The position numbers and the translations under genes were made by a program. Positions 9,075 to 15,545 of a stretch of DNA of 20,000 nt are shown here, piece after piece. Source of the DNA: an uncultured virus (IMG/VR IMGVR_UViG_3300010158_000057). Lineage: Duplodnaviria > Heunggongvirae > Uroviricota > Caudoviricetes. The DNA lies in the IMG/VR virus record IMGVR_UViG_3300010158_000057. One strand, given 5' to 3'. Every line of letters starts with the position of its first letter. The first letter of the stretch is position 1. The notes beneath the pieces were generated by a model, which made no database searches, had not been told where the DNA came from, and saw only the letters and a list, made by a program, of their open reading frames with translations.

Positions 9075-9152
9075 CAAGTATATGGCAGATAAGGACTTAT
9101 GTCTCATTTTGCGGGCCGCGTTTGATGTAAGTCTTTTGGTCCCAAGGGTTTA
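9075..9152. repeat. 78-bp double-palindrome element, copy 1
   Basis: CAAGTATAT-N7-AAGGACTTA / 28 bp / TAAGTCTTT-N7-AAGGGTTTA. Confidence 0.85.
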
Positions 9153-9197
9153 GAACGAAAACCGCGAACCTTACGGAAATGTAAGGAAACTTTCCAC

Positions 9198-9225
9198 TTG
9201 CAAACTACAGAATACTCTGTATAAT
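9198..9225 (+). promoter_or_regulatory. Sigma-70-type promoter
   Basis: TTGCAA-16-TATAAT, preceded by the CCTTAC-N6-GTAAGG palindrome at 9169-9186. Confidence 0.6.
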
Positions 9226-9253
9226 GTCGATATAAGAACAAGAGGACAAGAAA

Positions 9254-9496
9254 ATGATCACCATCAACAATCGCGACGAACTGAACAACCTCCTCTATGG
9301 TGCTGATTCGACCAGCCCCGAAACCTTGGTTGGAATTGCTCGTATTGGCGGTGAGTTGCTCATCGAGGCTTTCCACTACTACGAACTGAGCGACGGGACC
9401 GCTTCCATCGGAGATTTCTTTCCCTGCGGCGATGAGGGCGAGGGAATTAATGTTGATCGTGACGGAAACATTCTTAGCGATTTTCTTTACTACTAA
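9254..9496 (+). CDS. Small acidic hypothetical protein
   Basis: 80 aa, GAGGA RBS, follows a promoter. Confidence 0.75.
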   Translation: MITINNRDELNNLLYGADSTSPETLVGIARIGGELLIEAFHYYELSDGTASIGDFFPCGDEGEGINVDRDGNILSDFLYY

Positions 9497-9500
9497 GGTA

Positions 9501-9530
9501 TTGACAGCCGTCTAGCCGATAAGCTATAAT
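9501..9530 (+). promoter_or_regulatory. Sigma-70-type promoter
   Basis: TTGACA-18-TATAAT. Confidence 0.75.
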
Positions 9531-9567
9531 AGAGACACAAGAGAACGATAGGATAAAGGAAAAGAAA

Positions 9568-9735
9568 ATGACTTATTTCATTCAGGTTTTCGACGCTTGG
9601 GATTGTGAAATCGACTTCATCGGCCCGTTCAATACTGAAAACGAAGCGTATGAAGCCGGTTGGAGCAAATGGGAGGGCGATGAAACTGCCTATGGTAGCC
9701 GAATCATCAAAAGGCTTCCGGCTTCCTCTCACTAA
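9568..9735 (+). CDS. Small hypothetical protein (55 aa, not in ORF track)
   Basis: MTYFIQVFDAWDCEIDFIGPFNTENEAYEAGW..., AAGGA RBS, sits between two promoters. Confidence 0.7.
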   Translation: MTYFIQVFDAWDCEIDFIGPFNTENEAYEAGWSKWEGDETAYGSRIIKRLPASSH

Positions 9736-9753
9736 AAAATATTTTCTAAGGTA

Positions 9754-9783
9754 TTGACAACCACCTAGTCTATACTGTATAAT
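9754..9783 (+). promoter_or_regulatory. Sigma-70-type promoter
   Basis: TTGACA-18-TATAAT. Confidence 0.7.
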
Positions 9784-9810
9784 AGAAAAACAAGAAAGAA
9801 AAGGAAAAAC

Positions 9811-10026
9811 ATGTTTGCAACAGCCTATAAGCCGGTAACGAATAACCTTGACAAGATTTTCTCTGCTATGCGAGCTGGCAAGTATCACTGCGTGCTCGAC
9901 CCCAAGGGTAACGCTCATGTGGGCCTTATCAACGGTATCATGCGTGAGGATGGTAGCGGAAAAAACTGGATCGTAACTATCAATAGCAGACTGAGAAGTG
10001 AACAAGTGTTCATTCACGCCTCTTGA
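9811..10026 (+). CDS. Small hypothetical protein
   Basis: 71 aa, AAGGA RBS, stop codon 2 nt before element copy 2. Confidence 0.75.
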   Translation: MFATAYKPVTNNLDKIFSAMRAGKYHCVLDPKGNAHVGLINGIMREDGSGKNWIVTINSRLRSEQVFIHAS

Positions 10027-10028
10027 CG

Positions 10029-10106
10029 CAAAGCCTTGCCCTATAAGGACTTAGGGCGAGCGTGGCGGGCCGAACTCTATGTAAGTGCTTATTCCATATA
10101 GACTTA
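10029..10106. repeat. 78-bp double-palindrome element, copy 2
   Basis: CAAAGCCTT-N7-AAGGACTTA / 28 bp / TAAGTGCTT-N7-ATAGACTTA. Confidence 0.9.
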
Positions 10107-10152
10107 GAGAAAGCTTACGGTATTGTAAGGAAGTTTTTCTTGCTGCTAGGGG

Positions 10153-10181
10153 TTGACATTGGTCGATAATAGATGTAGAAT
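10153..10181 (+). promoter_or_regulatory. Sigma-70-type promoter
   Basis: TTGACA-17-TAGAAT with CGATAATAG in the spacer. Confidence 0.8.
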
Positions 10182-10206
10182 AACAACACAAGAAAGAGAG
10201 ATCCTA

Positions 10207-10338
10207 ATGCTGACGATTATCGACTATGTTCAACTGTTTGCCTTGATTGCTGGTTGTGCTTTCATTACCTATACCGTGCATGAGGTGGGTAATGCTATCC
10301 ATTCCATGCTCCACGACTACGACGACTACAACTATTGA
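10207..10338 (+). CDS. Small membrane protein (43 aa)
   Basis: Start moved downstream of the promoter to ATG 10207; one hydrophobic segment. Confidence 0.6.
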   Translation: MLTIIDYVQLFALIAGCAFITYTVHEVGNAIHSMLHDYDDYNY

Positions 10339-10349
10339 AAGGTTCTCGC

Positions 10350-10667
10350 ATGACACACAGTGAAGCAGTGAAGATGGTTCGTGGTAAGACTAATAAGGAT
10401 ACTCGCAAGGTTGGCAACAATACCTATGCGGAAATTCTTCCTGATGGTAGCGTAGGGATCATGCTGCATAGTACCTATGTGGTAAAGATTCATCCCGACA
10501 ATAGTGCTACCCTCAATAGTGGGGGTTGGCATACGAGTACCACTAAGGATAGAATCAATCAGTATTCGCCCGTGCGTGTGTATCAACGCAAGGGACAATG
10601 GTATCTGGAATGTGGCCTAGAGTATGAAGATGGTATGGTTGTGGCCGATATGAACCTTATTTACTAA
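10350..10667 (+). CDS. Hypothetical phage protein
   Basis: 105 aa from ATG 10350 (AAAGG RBS), containing LNSGGWHTSTTKDRIN. Confidence 0.75.
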   Translation: MTHSEAVKMVRGKTNKDTRKVGNNTYAEILPDGSVGIMLHSTYVVKIHPDNSATLNSGGWHTSTTKDRINQYSPVRVYQRKGQWYLECGLEYEDGMVVADMNLIY

Positions 10668-10678
10668 GAAAGAAAAAA

Positions 10679-10903
10679 ATGAACGTTTTTACCTTTACGA
10701 TGTTGTGGAGCGTTTCGATTTGTTTGCTTGTTGTCGTAATGCAGGCTATCGGCTTGGGACATCCTAACTGTGAGCCTACTACTGTAGGATATGCTGAATT
10801 CTATGCTACACTGTTCGGATGTTCAGTACTCAGCTGTACACTAGGCATTGGTTGCTTGGCATTGCTGGTTTTTGCGAATCGCAGGATAAATAAGCAACAC
10901 TGA
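10679..10903 (+). CDS. Small two-TM membrane protein
   Basis: 74 aa with two hydrophobic stretches; stop 3 nt before element copy 3. Confidence 0.6.
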   Translation: MNVFTFTMLWSVSICLLVVVMQAIGLGHPNCEPTTVGYAEFYATLFGCSVLSCTLGIGCLALLVFANRRINKQH

Positions 10904-10906
10904 ACG

Positions 10907-10984
10907 TAAGTCCTTGTCCCTAAACGACTTAGGGCAAGGCGGGCGGGCCGGGCGCGACGTAAGTGCTTACCCAGTAAGACTTTA
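10907..10984. repeat. 78-bp double-palindrome element, copy 3
   Basis: TAAGTCCTT-N7-AACGACTTA / 28 bp / TAAGTGCTT-N7-AAGACTTTA. Confidence 0.9.
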
Positions 10985-10992
10985 CGACGACT

Positions 10993-11010
10993 TAGCAAAT
11001 GGTATGCCAA
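10993..11010 (-). promoter_or_regulatory. Sigma-54 (-24/-12)-type promoter, antisense
   Basis: Minus strand TTGGCATACCATTTGCTA: GG-N10-GC matching TGGCAC-N5-TTGC. Confidence 0.55.
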
Positions 11011-11073
11011 TGAGAAAGAAAATGACGAAAAGTTTTGTCAAATTCTCTTGACATAAAAATATCCGGATTTCTC

Positions 11074-11103
11074 TTGAACCTTTTCCTATTCATAGCGTAT
11101 AAT
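11074..11103 (+). promoter_or_regulatory. Sigma-70-type promoter
   Basis: TTGAAC-18-TATAAT. Confidence 0.55.
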
Positions 11104-11138
11104 AGATAGAGAAGAAAGAAAAAGAAAGAGGAAAGAAA

Positions 11139-11315
11139 ATGAGTTATTCTGACACACGGTATGATTATGATGATTTCGATGATGTTCGTAAGAATTCTGA
11201 TGATGGATATGATGCGTTAAAGGATAATTGGGAAGTTGGTGATGAACCTATGAATAGTAGGCAACGTCGTGAAAACGAATCATTGAACGAAACCTATCGT
11301 CAAAATGGATGGTGA
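11139..11315 (+). CDS. Small acidic hypothetical protein (58 aa, not in ORF track)
   Basis: MSYSDTRYDYDDFDDVRKNSDDGYD..., GAGGA RBS. Confidence 0.65.
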   Translation: MSYSDTRYDYDDFDDVRKNSDDGYDALKDNWEVGDEPMNSRQRRENESLNETYRQNGW

Positions 11316-11334
11316 GCCTTACGACATTGTAAGG

Positions 11335-11363
11335 TTGACAACATAAAATCATTTTGGTATAAT
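11335..11363 (+). promoter_or_regulatory. Sigma-70-type promoter
   Basis: TTGACA-17-TATAAT (perfect consensus), abutting CCTTAC-N6-GTAAGG at 11317-11334. Confidence 0.85.
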
Positions 11364-11388
11364 GAACACACAAGAAAGAGAGAAAAGA

Positions 11389-11598
11389 ATGTACGAAATT
11401 GGTGATAGTGTGATGCTCAAGGGATTCGAGAAACAGATTGTTGGAAAGATTGTTTCCTACTACTATGATGAGGGCAATGTGTGGGTAGTGCGTACAGAAG
11501 GTGGAAATCTCCATGACTGTGCAGACCATGAGCTTTCGCCCGCAGTGGATGCCTACGGACACCCCTGGACTTATCGACCCACCCATAGTGGGGGTTGA
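11389..11598 (+). CDS. Small SH3/KOW-like beta-barrel protein
   Basis: MYEIGDSVMLKG...VGKIV...WVVRT pattern; start moved downstream of the promoter. Confidence 0.65.
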   Translation: MYEIGDSVMLKGFEKQIVGKIVSYYYDEGNVWVVRTEGGNLHDCADHELSPAVDAYGHPWTYRPTHSGG

Positions 11599-11623
11599 TA
11601 GGCAAAAGAATTGTTGATAGAAT
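11595..11623 (+). promoter_or_regulatory. Sigma-70-type promoter
   Basis: TTGATA-17-TAGAAT. Confidence 0.65.
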
Positions 11624-11664
11624 CCACACACAAGAGAACGATAGACCCTAAGAGAGAAAAGACA

Positions 11665-12039
11665 ATGAAAACCAAGTTCCCCATCATCGAAAATGCCAAG
11701 CGTCAAGCCCGTGCGATCTTCAAGGGTATCGCGATTCCCGTTCGCCACGAAGTAGCCGATGAGCAGTTTATCATCGACGTTGACTACGTTCACGGTGTGA
11801 CTGACCACAAGCGTTACGTTGTGACCGAAAAGGTTCTCAAGTTCAATCGTACTGCCTTGAAGAATATCGGCAAGACTCGCAAGGAAAAGGCCGACCCCCG
11901 CTATGTGGGGGGACAGGATACCATGATCGTTCCGGTTGGCAAGCCGGGTTCGCGTGAGCGTATCGAGGAACTAACCAAGCAGTATGGGGCGGTTGCTCAT
12001 CTGGAAATCAGCCCGTTCAGCTTCAAGGGGGAAGAATGA
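11665..12039 (+). CDS. Basic hypothetical protein
   Basis: 124 aa from ATG 11665 after a purine-rich leader. Confidence 0.75.
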   Translation: MKTKFPIIENAKRQARAIFKGIAIPVRHEVADEQFIIDVDYVHGVTDHKRYVVTEKVLKFNRTALKNIGKTRKEKADPRYVGGQDTMIVPVGKPGSRERIEELTKQYGAVAHLEISPFSFKGEE

Positions 12040-12176
12040 ACGACTGTACACTAGTATACGACGTTACACTAGAGGCTGAGCGTTATGTAAAGAGTAAGTA
12101 TGTACAGCTGTACCCTAAGCTCTACCTCCCCGTTTGGGTGGGTACTGAACGGATATACAGGAAAAGAAAAACTTGA
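12036..12176 (+). CDS. Small hypothetical protein (46 aa, not in ORF track)
   Basis: ATGA overlap with the previous gene; stop 2 nt before element copy 4. Confidence 0.5.
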   Translation: MNDCTLVYDVTLEAERYVKSKYVQLYPKLYLPVWVGTERIYRKRKT

Positions 12177-12178
12177 CG

Positions 12179-12256
12179 TAAAGCCTTGCTGCTAAAGGAC
12201 TTAGGGCAAGGCGGGCCGGCCCCGCTTGACGTAAGTGCTTATTCCACAACGACTTA
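12179..12256. repeat. 78-bp double-palindrome element, copy 4
   Basis: TAAAGCCTT-N7-AAGGACTTA / 28 bp with central GGCCGGCC / TAAGTGCTT-N7-AACGACTTA. Confidence 0.9.
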
Positions 12257-12264
12257 CGACACCA

Positions 12265-12282
12265 TAGCAAATGCTGTACCAA
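12265..12282 (-). promoter_or_regulatory. Sigma-54 (-24/-12)-type promoter, antisense
   Basis: Minus strand TTGGTACAGCATTTGCTA: GG-N10-GC. Confidence 0.55.
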
Positions 12283-12337
12283 ATCATGTTAGAAATACCT
12301 TACAGCATTGCAAGGAAACTTTTTCTGGTCTACCCTA

Positions 12338-12366
12338 TTGACAAATGACGATAATAGATGTATAAT
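12338..12366 (+). promoter_or_regulatory. Sigma-70-type promoter
   Basis: TTGACA-17-TATAAT (perfect consensus) with CGATAATAG in the spacer. Confidence 0.85.
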
Positions 12367-12388
12367 GGTAAGACAAGAAAGAGAGAAA

Positions 12389-12613
12389 ATGAAAATGAGA
12401 AAGCCTCCGAAAGTTTCGACCGTCAAGGGTAAGATCAATGGGTATGCCTACAAGTGTGGGTTTACGTTTCATCCGAAAGAGGATGGAACGTTTGCTCTGT
12501 TCGACATTCACATGGGATACTACGTTTGTCGTGGTACTCATGATCGTGTTGTCCAGTTCGTGATGAATGAACTGTGGGCGAAGTATTATCGGTCGCAACC
12601 TACCCCCGCATAA
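12389..12613 (+). CDS. Small hypothetical protein
   Basis: 74 aa from ATG 12389, downstream of the promoter. Confidence 0.7.
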   Translation: MKMRKPPKVSTVKGKINGYAYKCGFTFHPKEDGTFALFDIHMGYYVCRGTHDRVVQFVMNELWAKYYRSQPTPA

Positions 12614-12619
12614 GAGGGG

Positions 12620-12648
12620 TTGACGACGGCAGAAAAGTTCGATAGAAT
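12620..12648 (+). promoter_or_regulatory. Sigma-70-type promoter
   Basis: TTGACG-17-TAGAAT. Confidence 0.7.
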
Positions 12649-12666
12649 ACTCAAAAGAGGAAAAAG

Positions 12667-12843
12667 ATGCAAAAGATTATGGTTGGCGATGTGGTTCAGG
12701 TGGTTGACGGGTATGGTATTGTCCAGCAAATTATCGGAAAGAATCTGAAGATTCGGCTTTCTGGCCGATACGGTGATGGTGAATGGTATACGCTTGATCA
12801 GATAGTGTGCCATGCTGCTCTGAGCAGAAATAAAGGAAATTGA
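12667..12843 (+). CDS. Small SH3/KOW-like protein (58 aa, not in ORF track)
   Basis: MQKIMVGDVVQVVDGYGIVQQIIGKNLKIRL..., GAGGA RBS. Confidence 0.65.
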   Translation: MQKIMVGDVVQVVDGYGIVQQIIGKNLKIRLSGRYGDGEWYTLDQIVCHAALSRNKGN

Positions 12844-12852
12844 GAGTCTCAG

Positions 12853-12899
12853 CTAACCCTACGGGTTTGGGTGGTTTGGATATAGTCAGCATAGTCAGC
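12853..12899 (+). repeat. Second repeat family, copy 1 (hairpin + tandem ATAGTCAG)
   Basis: CTAACCCTACGGGTTTGGG...ATAGTCAGCATAGTCAGC, matches 16892-16939. Confidence 0.7.
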
Positions 12900-12921
12900 G
12901 GAACCTGTGGGTCTTGTAAGG

Positions 12922-12950
12922 TTGACAACTAAAGTTTTGCAGTGTAGAAT
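12922..12950 (+). promoter_or_regulatory. Sigma-70-type promoter
   Basis: TTGACA-17-TAGAAT followed by GTCGATAATAG. Confidence 0.8.
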
Positions 12951-12996
12951 GTCGATAATAGGTATAGAGAAGATGACCAGTAACCAAGAGGAATGT

Positions 12997-13194
12997 ATGA
13001 TGGACTATATTAAGCGGTATGATTGGGTCGAGTTTGATTATAAGGGTGAGAATTACCGTGGTGAAGTTCGTAGGGTTCTTGACAAGCCCAAGGGTAAGAT
13101 GATGATTGTGAAAATTGGTCTGACCGAATATCGTTCGTGCTATCTTGACCAGTGTGAGAATATGACCCATGTTGCCAACACTGTGGAGGCTTGA
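12997..13194 (+). CDS. Small protein, possibly WYL/Sm-like fold
   Basis: WVEFDYKGENYRGEV...EYRSCYLDQC; GAGGA RBS before ATG 12997. Confidence 0.65.
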   Translation: MMDYIKRYDWVEFDYKGENYRGEVRRVLDKPKGKMMIVKIGLTEYRSCYLDQCENMTHVANTVEA

Positions 13195-13196
13195 CT

Positions 13197-13370
13197 ATGA
13201 GAATGATTGAATATCCTTTTGTGTGGGTTATGGGGGCTTTCCTTAAAGTTATGGAAACTTTCTGTGAAGTCTGGCAGAGAATCAACGAGTATGAGAATAT
13301 GAAGTCTAGGGGTTATACTCTTATGAAGAATGATGAGGGTGATGATTTCTGGGTAGGATACGGGGATTGA
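13197..13370 (+). CDS. Small hypothetical protein (57 aa, not in ORF track)
   Basis: GGAGG RBS; MRMIEYPFVWVMGAFLKVMETF... Confidence 0.65.
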   Translation: MRMIEYPFVWVMGAFLKVMETFCEVWQRINEYENMKSRGYTLMKNDEGDDFWVGYGD

Positions 13371-13398
13371 CCACTTAAACCAAAATGGAGATACAGGG

Positions 13399-13509
13399 AT
13401 GTATCAATTTGATTTTATTAGTGTGGCTTTTGGGTATATTGTTGGTATTATTCTGTATGCTAGTATGTCAAATATCATGTATATGGAGGAAAATGATGAA
13501 AATCAGTGA
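13399..13509 (+). CDS. Small membrane protein (36 aa)
   Basis: GGAGA RBS; MYQFDFISVAFGYIVGIILYASM... Confidence 0.5.
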   Translation: MYQFDFISVAFGYIVGIILYASMSNIMYMEENDENQ

Positions 13510-13573
13510 TTATATTCTATTTGGGTTGTGTTTCATTCTAGGATGTGGCTTGACGTATCTCCTTCATCTGTAA
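13493..13573 (+). CDS. Very small membrane peptide (26 aa)
   Basis: GGAGG RBS at 13485; stop TAA lies inside element copy 5. Confidence 0.45.
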   Translation: MMKISDYILFGLCFILGCGLTYLLHL

Positions 13574-13633
13574 GGACTTACGTCGAGCGCGGCCCGCCCC
13601 GCGAAGCGTAAGTGCTTATGCTGCAACACTTTA
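13556..13633. repeat. 78-bp double-palindrome element, copy 5 (spacer reversed)
   Basis: TATCTCCTT-N7-AAGGACTTA / 28 bp / TAAGTGCTT-N7-AACACTTTA. Confidence 0.9.
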
Positions 13634-13677
13634 CAACAACCTTACGAGATTGCAAGGAAAAACTTTTACGCTAGGGC

Positions 13678-13706
13678 TTGCAATGGGTCGATAATAAGTG
13701 TAGAAT
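13678..13706 (+). promoter_or_regulatory. Sigma-70-type promoter
   Basis: TTGCAA-17-TAGAAT with CGATAAT in the spacer. Confidence 0.7.
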
Positions 13707-13743
13707 ACCAGCATCACGAACGGAAACCACAGGAACCAGAATC

Positions 13744-13917
13744 ATGCTGAACTTCGACGAGATCAACGATATTCTGAACGATATGGCCGAAGCGGGTATT
13801 GTCGAGCCGATGGTCGAGCCAATTGACGATCCCAGTGTGGAAGTCAACTTTTGGGATTGGGCCGACGTTGTGGGTGCTGTTGACGAATTTGTTCCCGAGG
13901 AGTATACTAATGCTTAG
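13744..13917 (+). CDS. Highly acidic small protein (57 aa)
   Basis: AGGA RBS; 16 D/E and no K/R. Confidence 0.7.
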   Translation: MLNFDEINDILNDMAEAGIVEPMVEPIDDPSVEVNFWDWADVVGAVDEFVPEEYTNA

Positions 13918-13981
13918 TGCAATTGCTTTTGTTGTGGGTTATATCGGTTTGTTTTACATTACTACCATCGTGAGGGACTGA
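13910..13981 (+). CDS. Very small membrane peptide (23 aa)
   Basis: GAGGAG RBS; MLSAIAFVVGYIGLFYITTIVRD; fills the gap between neighbours. Confidence 0.5.
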   Translation: MLSAIAFVVGYIGLFYITTIVRD

Positions 13982-13983
13982 TC

Positions 13984-14217
13984 ATGAGCTACGAATACGA
14001 CGATTTCGAGGAAGATGATACCGTTGGAGAATTTGAGAATGATTCGTTTGATGATAGTATGGATGGTGATGCTGAGTCTGCGTTGGCTTCCGCTGGATGG
14101 GGAACCGATGAGGATTACGGTTGCTATGGGGAAGATTTAGACTATCAGGAAGATTTCCATGCCGATGAGGCTGTGGGATTTGTGGATTACAATGAAGATG
14201 GGCCATATAACGACTAA
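13984..14217 (+). CDS. Extremely acidic small protein
   Basis: 77 aa, about 29 D/E and no K/R; GAGGG RBS. Confidence 0.75.
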   Translation: MSYEYDDFEEDDTVGEFENDSFDDSMDGDAESALASAGWGTDEDYGCYGEDLDYQEDFHADEAVGFVDYNEDGPYND

Positions 14218-14234
14218 TTGAAAGGAAATGTATA

Positions 14235-14633
14235 ATGCAGTATCGAAAGATTGCGACGGGTATTATCGAGGCCACATACGAAAATTATGTACAGTGGCGG
14301 GAAGATGGTGTGCTGGATGAAGAACTGAATAAGCATAATCAAGAAATTCCCGTGTGGGATGAAATGAATGAGAGTACCAAGTGTTCTGCAATAGAGTATG
14401 TTTATCTTAATAGAGATACTATTGAGTTACATTCTGGGCTTGTAGAATCATGGGTACAAGCTACGGCCTACTTTATGATCTATGATTTTGCTGCTATTCT
14501 CGCATATGACGGAAAACCAGAAATCGAAGTGTTCTTTGATGACATGGATTTTATGATCGACCAAGATATTCTGGACGACGAGGATGTTCAGCAGCAACTT
14601 GGAATTAGTCCAGATTTTGGAGGAAAATTCTAA
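14235..14633 (+). CDS. Acidic hypothetical protein
   Basis: 132 aa, AAGGA RBS; stop 10 nt before element copy 6. Confidence 0.75.
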   Translation: MQYRKIATGIIEATYENYVQWREDGVLDEELNKHNQEIPVWDEMNESTKCSAIEYVYLNRDTIELHSGLVESWVQATAYFMIYDFAAILAYDGKPEIEVFFDDMDFMIDQDILDDEDVQQQLGISPDFGGKF

Positions 14634-14643
14634 GCACTACCCC

Positions 14644-14721
14644 TAAACCCTTTGTGCATAAGCACTTAGGGCTGGCGGGGCGGGCCGCATTTGTCATAAG
14701 TCTTTATGTTGCAATGCTTTA
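14644..14721. repeat. 78-bp double-palindrome element, copy 6
   Basis: TAAACCCTT-N7-AAGCACTTA / 28 bp / TAAGTCTTT-N7-AATGCTTTA. Confidence 0.9.
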
Positions 14722-14756
14722 CGATAACCTTACAGTATTGCAAGGAAACTACCCGC

Positions 14757-14784
14757 TTGACACCTAAAGTTTCTATGCTATACT
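14757..14784 (+). promoter_or_regulatory. Sigma-70-type promoter
   Basis: TTGACA-16-TATACT with TGn extended -10, followed by GTCGATAATAG. Confidence 0.7.
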
Positions 14785-14819
14785 TGTCGATAATAGAGTA
14801 GAGAAAGAGAGAGCGAAGA

Positions 14820-14972
14820 ATGAAAAGTGAAGAAGAAAAGCGTCTTGAAGAATACAACCGATTCATGGATGAATGGGAAAAGCGTCCTAAGAATCGCGAT
14901 TTGTATGGCAATAACTGCTATCGTCCCGATGAGGTAGCATTGACCGATGAAGAGTATGAGATGTTTGGCTAG
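14820..14972 (+). CDS. Small hypothetical protein (50 aa, not in ORF track)
   Basis: MKSEEEKRLEEYNRFMDEWEKRP..., purine-rich leader. Confidence 0.6.
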   Translation: MKSEEEKRLEEYNRFMDEWEKRPKNRDLYGNNCYRPDEVALTDEEYEMFG

Positions 14973-14983
14973 GAGTATCAAAA

Positions 14984-15127
14984 ATGAAAACCAAAAAGAA
15001 GGTATTGACAGCACACGAAAAAGCTGTTATACTCATGAATCGTGAGACGAATCGTGCAGTAAGTCGTGTGAAGATGTTGGAACAGTTGTATCTTGAAACC
15101 ATGAAAGCAAAGGAACTTGTTAAATGA
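14984..15127 (+). CDS. Small basic protein (47 aa, not in ORF track)
   Basis: AGGAG RBS; ATGA overlap with the next gene. Confidence 0.6.
   Translation: MKTKKKVLTAHEKAVILMNRETNRAVSRVKMLEQLYLETMKAKELVK
15005..15033 (+). promoter_or_regulatory. Sigma-70-type promoter (intragenic)
   Basis: TTGACA-17-TATACT with TGn extended -10. Confidence 0.6.
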
Positions 15128-15354
15128 AGTGCGTTGTTACCCATACGGATACTTTTGGTGGTGAAGCTAACTATGGTTGGGTGAATCGTTATGAGTTCAT
15201 CCCTAAGAAGAATGCTAGCCAGCGTAGCGTTGTTCGTAAAGCTAAGGCTCTGGCCGGTATGACAGCGGTCAAGGCCGAGACCTATGACTATGGCGACGGC
15301 TATACAGTTAAGCCTCGCGGTTATGCTCAAATCATCTTTGTTGATTTTGAGTAA
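15124..15354 (+). CDS. Hypothetical phage protein
   Basis: 76 aa, TDTFGGEANYGWVNR, AAGGA RBS. Confidence 0.75.
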   Translation: MKCVVTHTDTFGGEANYGWVNRYEFIPKKNASQRSVVRKAKALAGMTAVKAETYDYGDGYTVKPRGYAQIIFVDFE

Positions 15355-15371
15355 AAAATAATGTCTCGTCG

Positions 15372-15449
15372 TAAACCCTTTGTGTTCAAGCACTTAGGGC
15401 CGACGGGGCGGGCCGCGTTCGACGTAAGTCCTTACTCTGCAACACTTTA
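15372..15449. repeat. 78-bp double-palindrome element, copy 7
   Basis: TAAACCCTT-N7-AAGCACTTA / 28 bp / TAAGTCCTT-N7-AACACTTTA. Confidence 0.9.
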
Positions 15450-15488
15450 CGAGAATCCTTACAATTCCGTAAGATTCAAGTTTGCCCC

Positions 15489-15517
15489 TTGATTTTGCCG
15501 ATAATATATGGTAGAAT
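15489..15517 (+). promoter_or_regulatory. Sigma-70-type promoter
   Basis: TTGATT-17-TAGAAT with CGATAAT in the spacer and TGn extension. Confidence 0.7.
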
Positions 15518-15545
15518 GACGTATACGAGAAAGAGAGAGTGAAAC

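Noticed and set aside
11048..11053. TTGACA at 11048 (also 17368 and 18495) as promoters
   Set aside because: No acceptable -10 hexamer 16-18 bp downstream.
13385..13573. Single 62-aa ORF as given in the track
   Set aside because: RBS positions favour two smaller genes (13399-13509 and 13493-13573). This is not certain.
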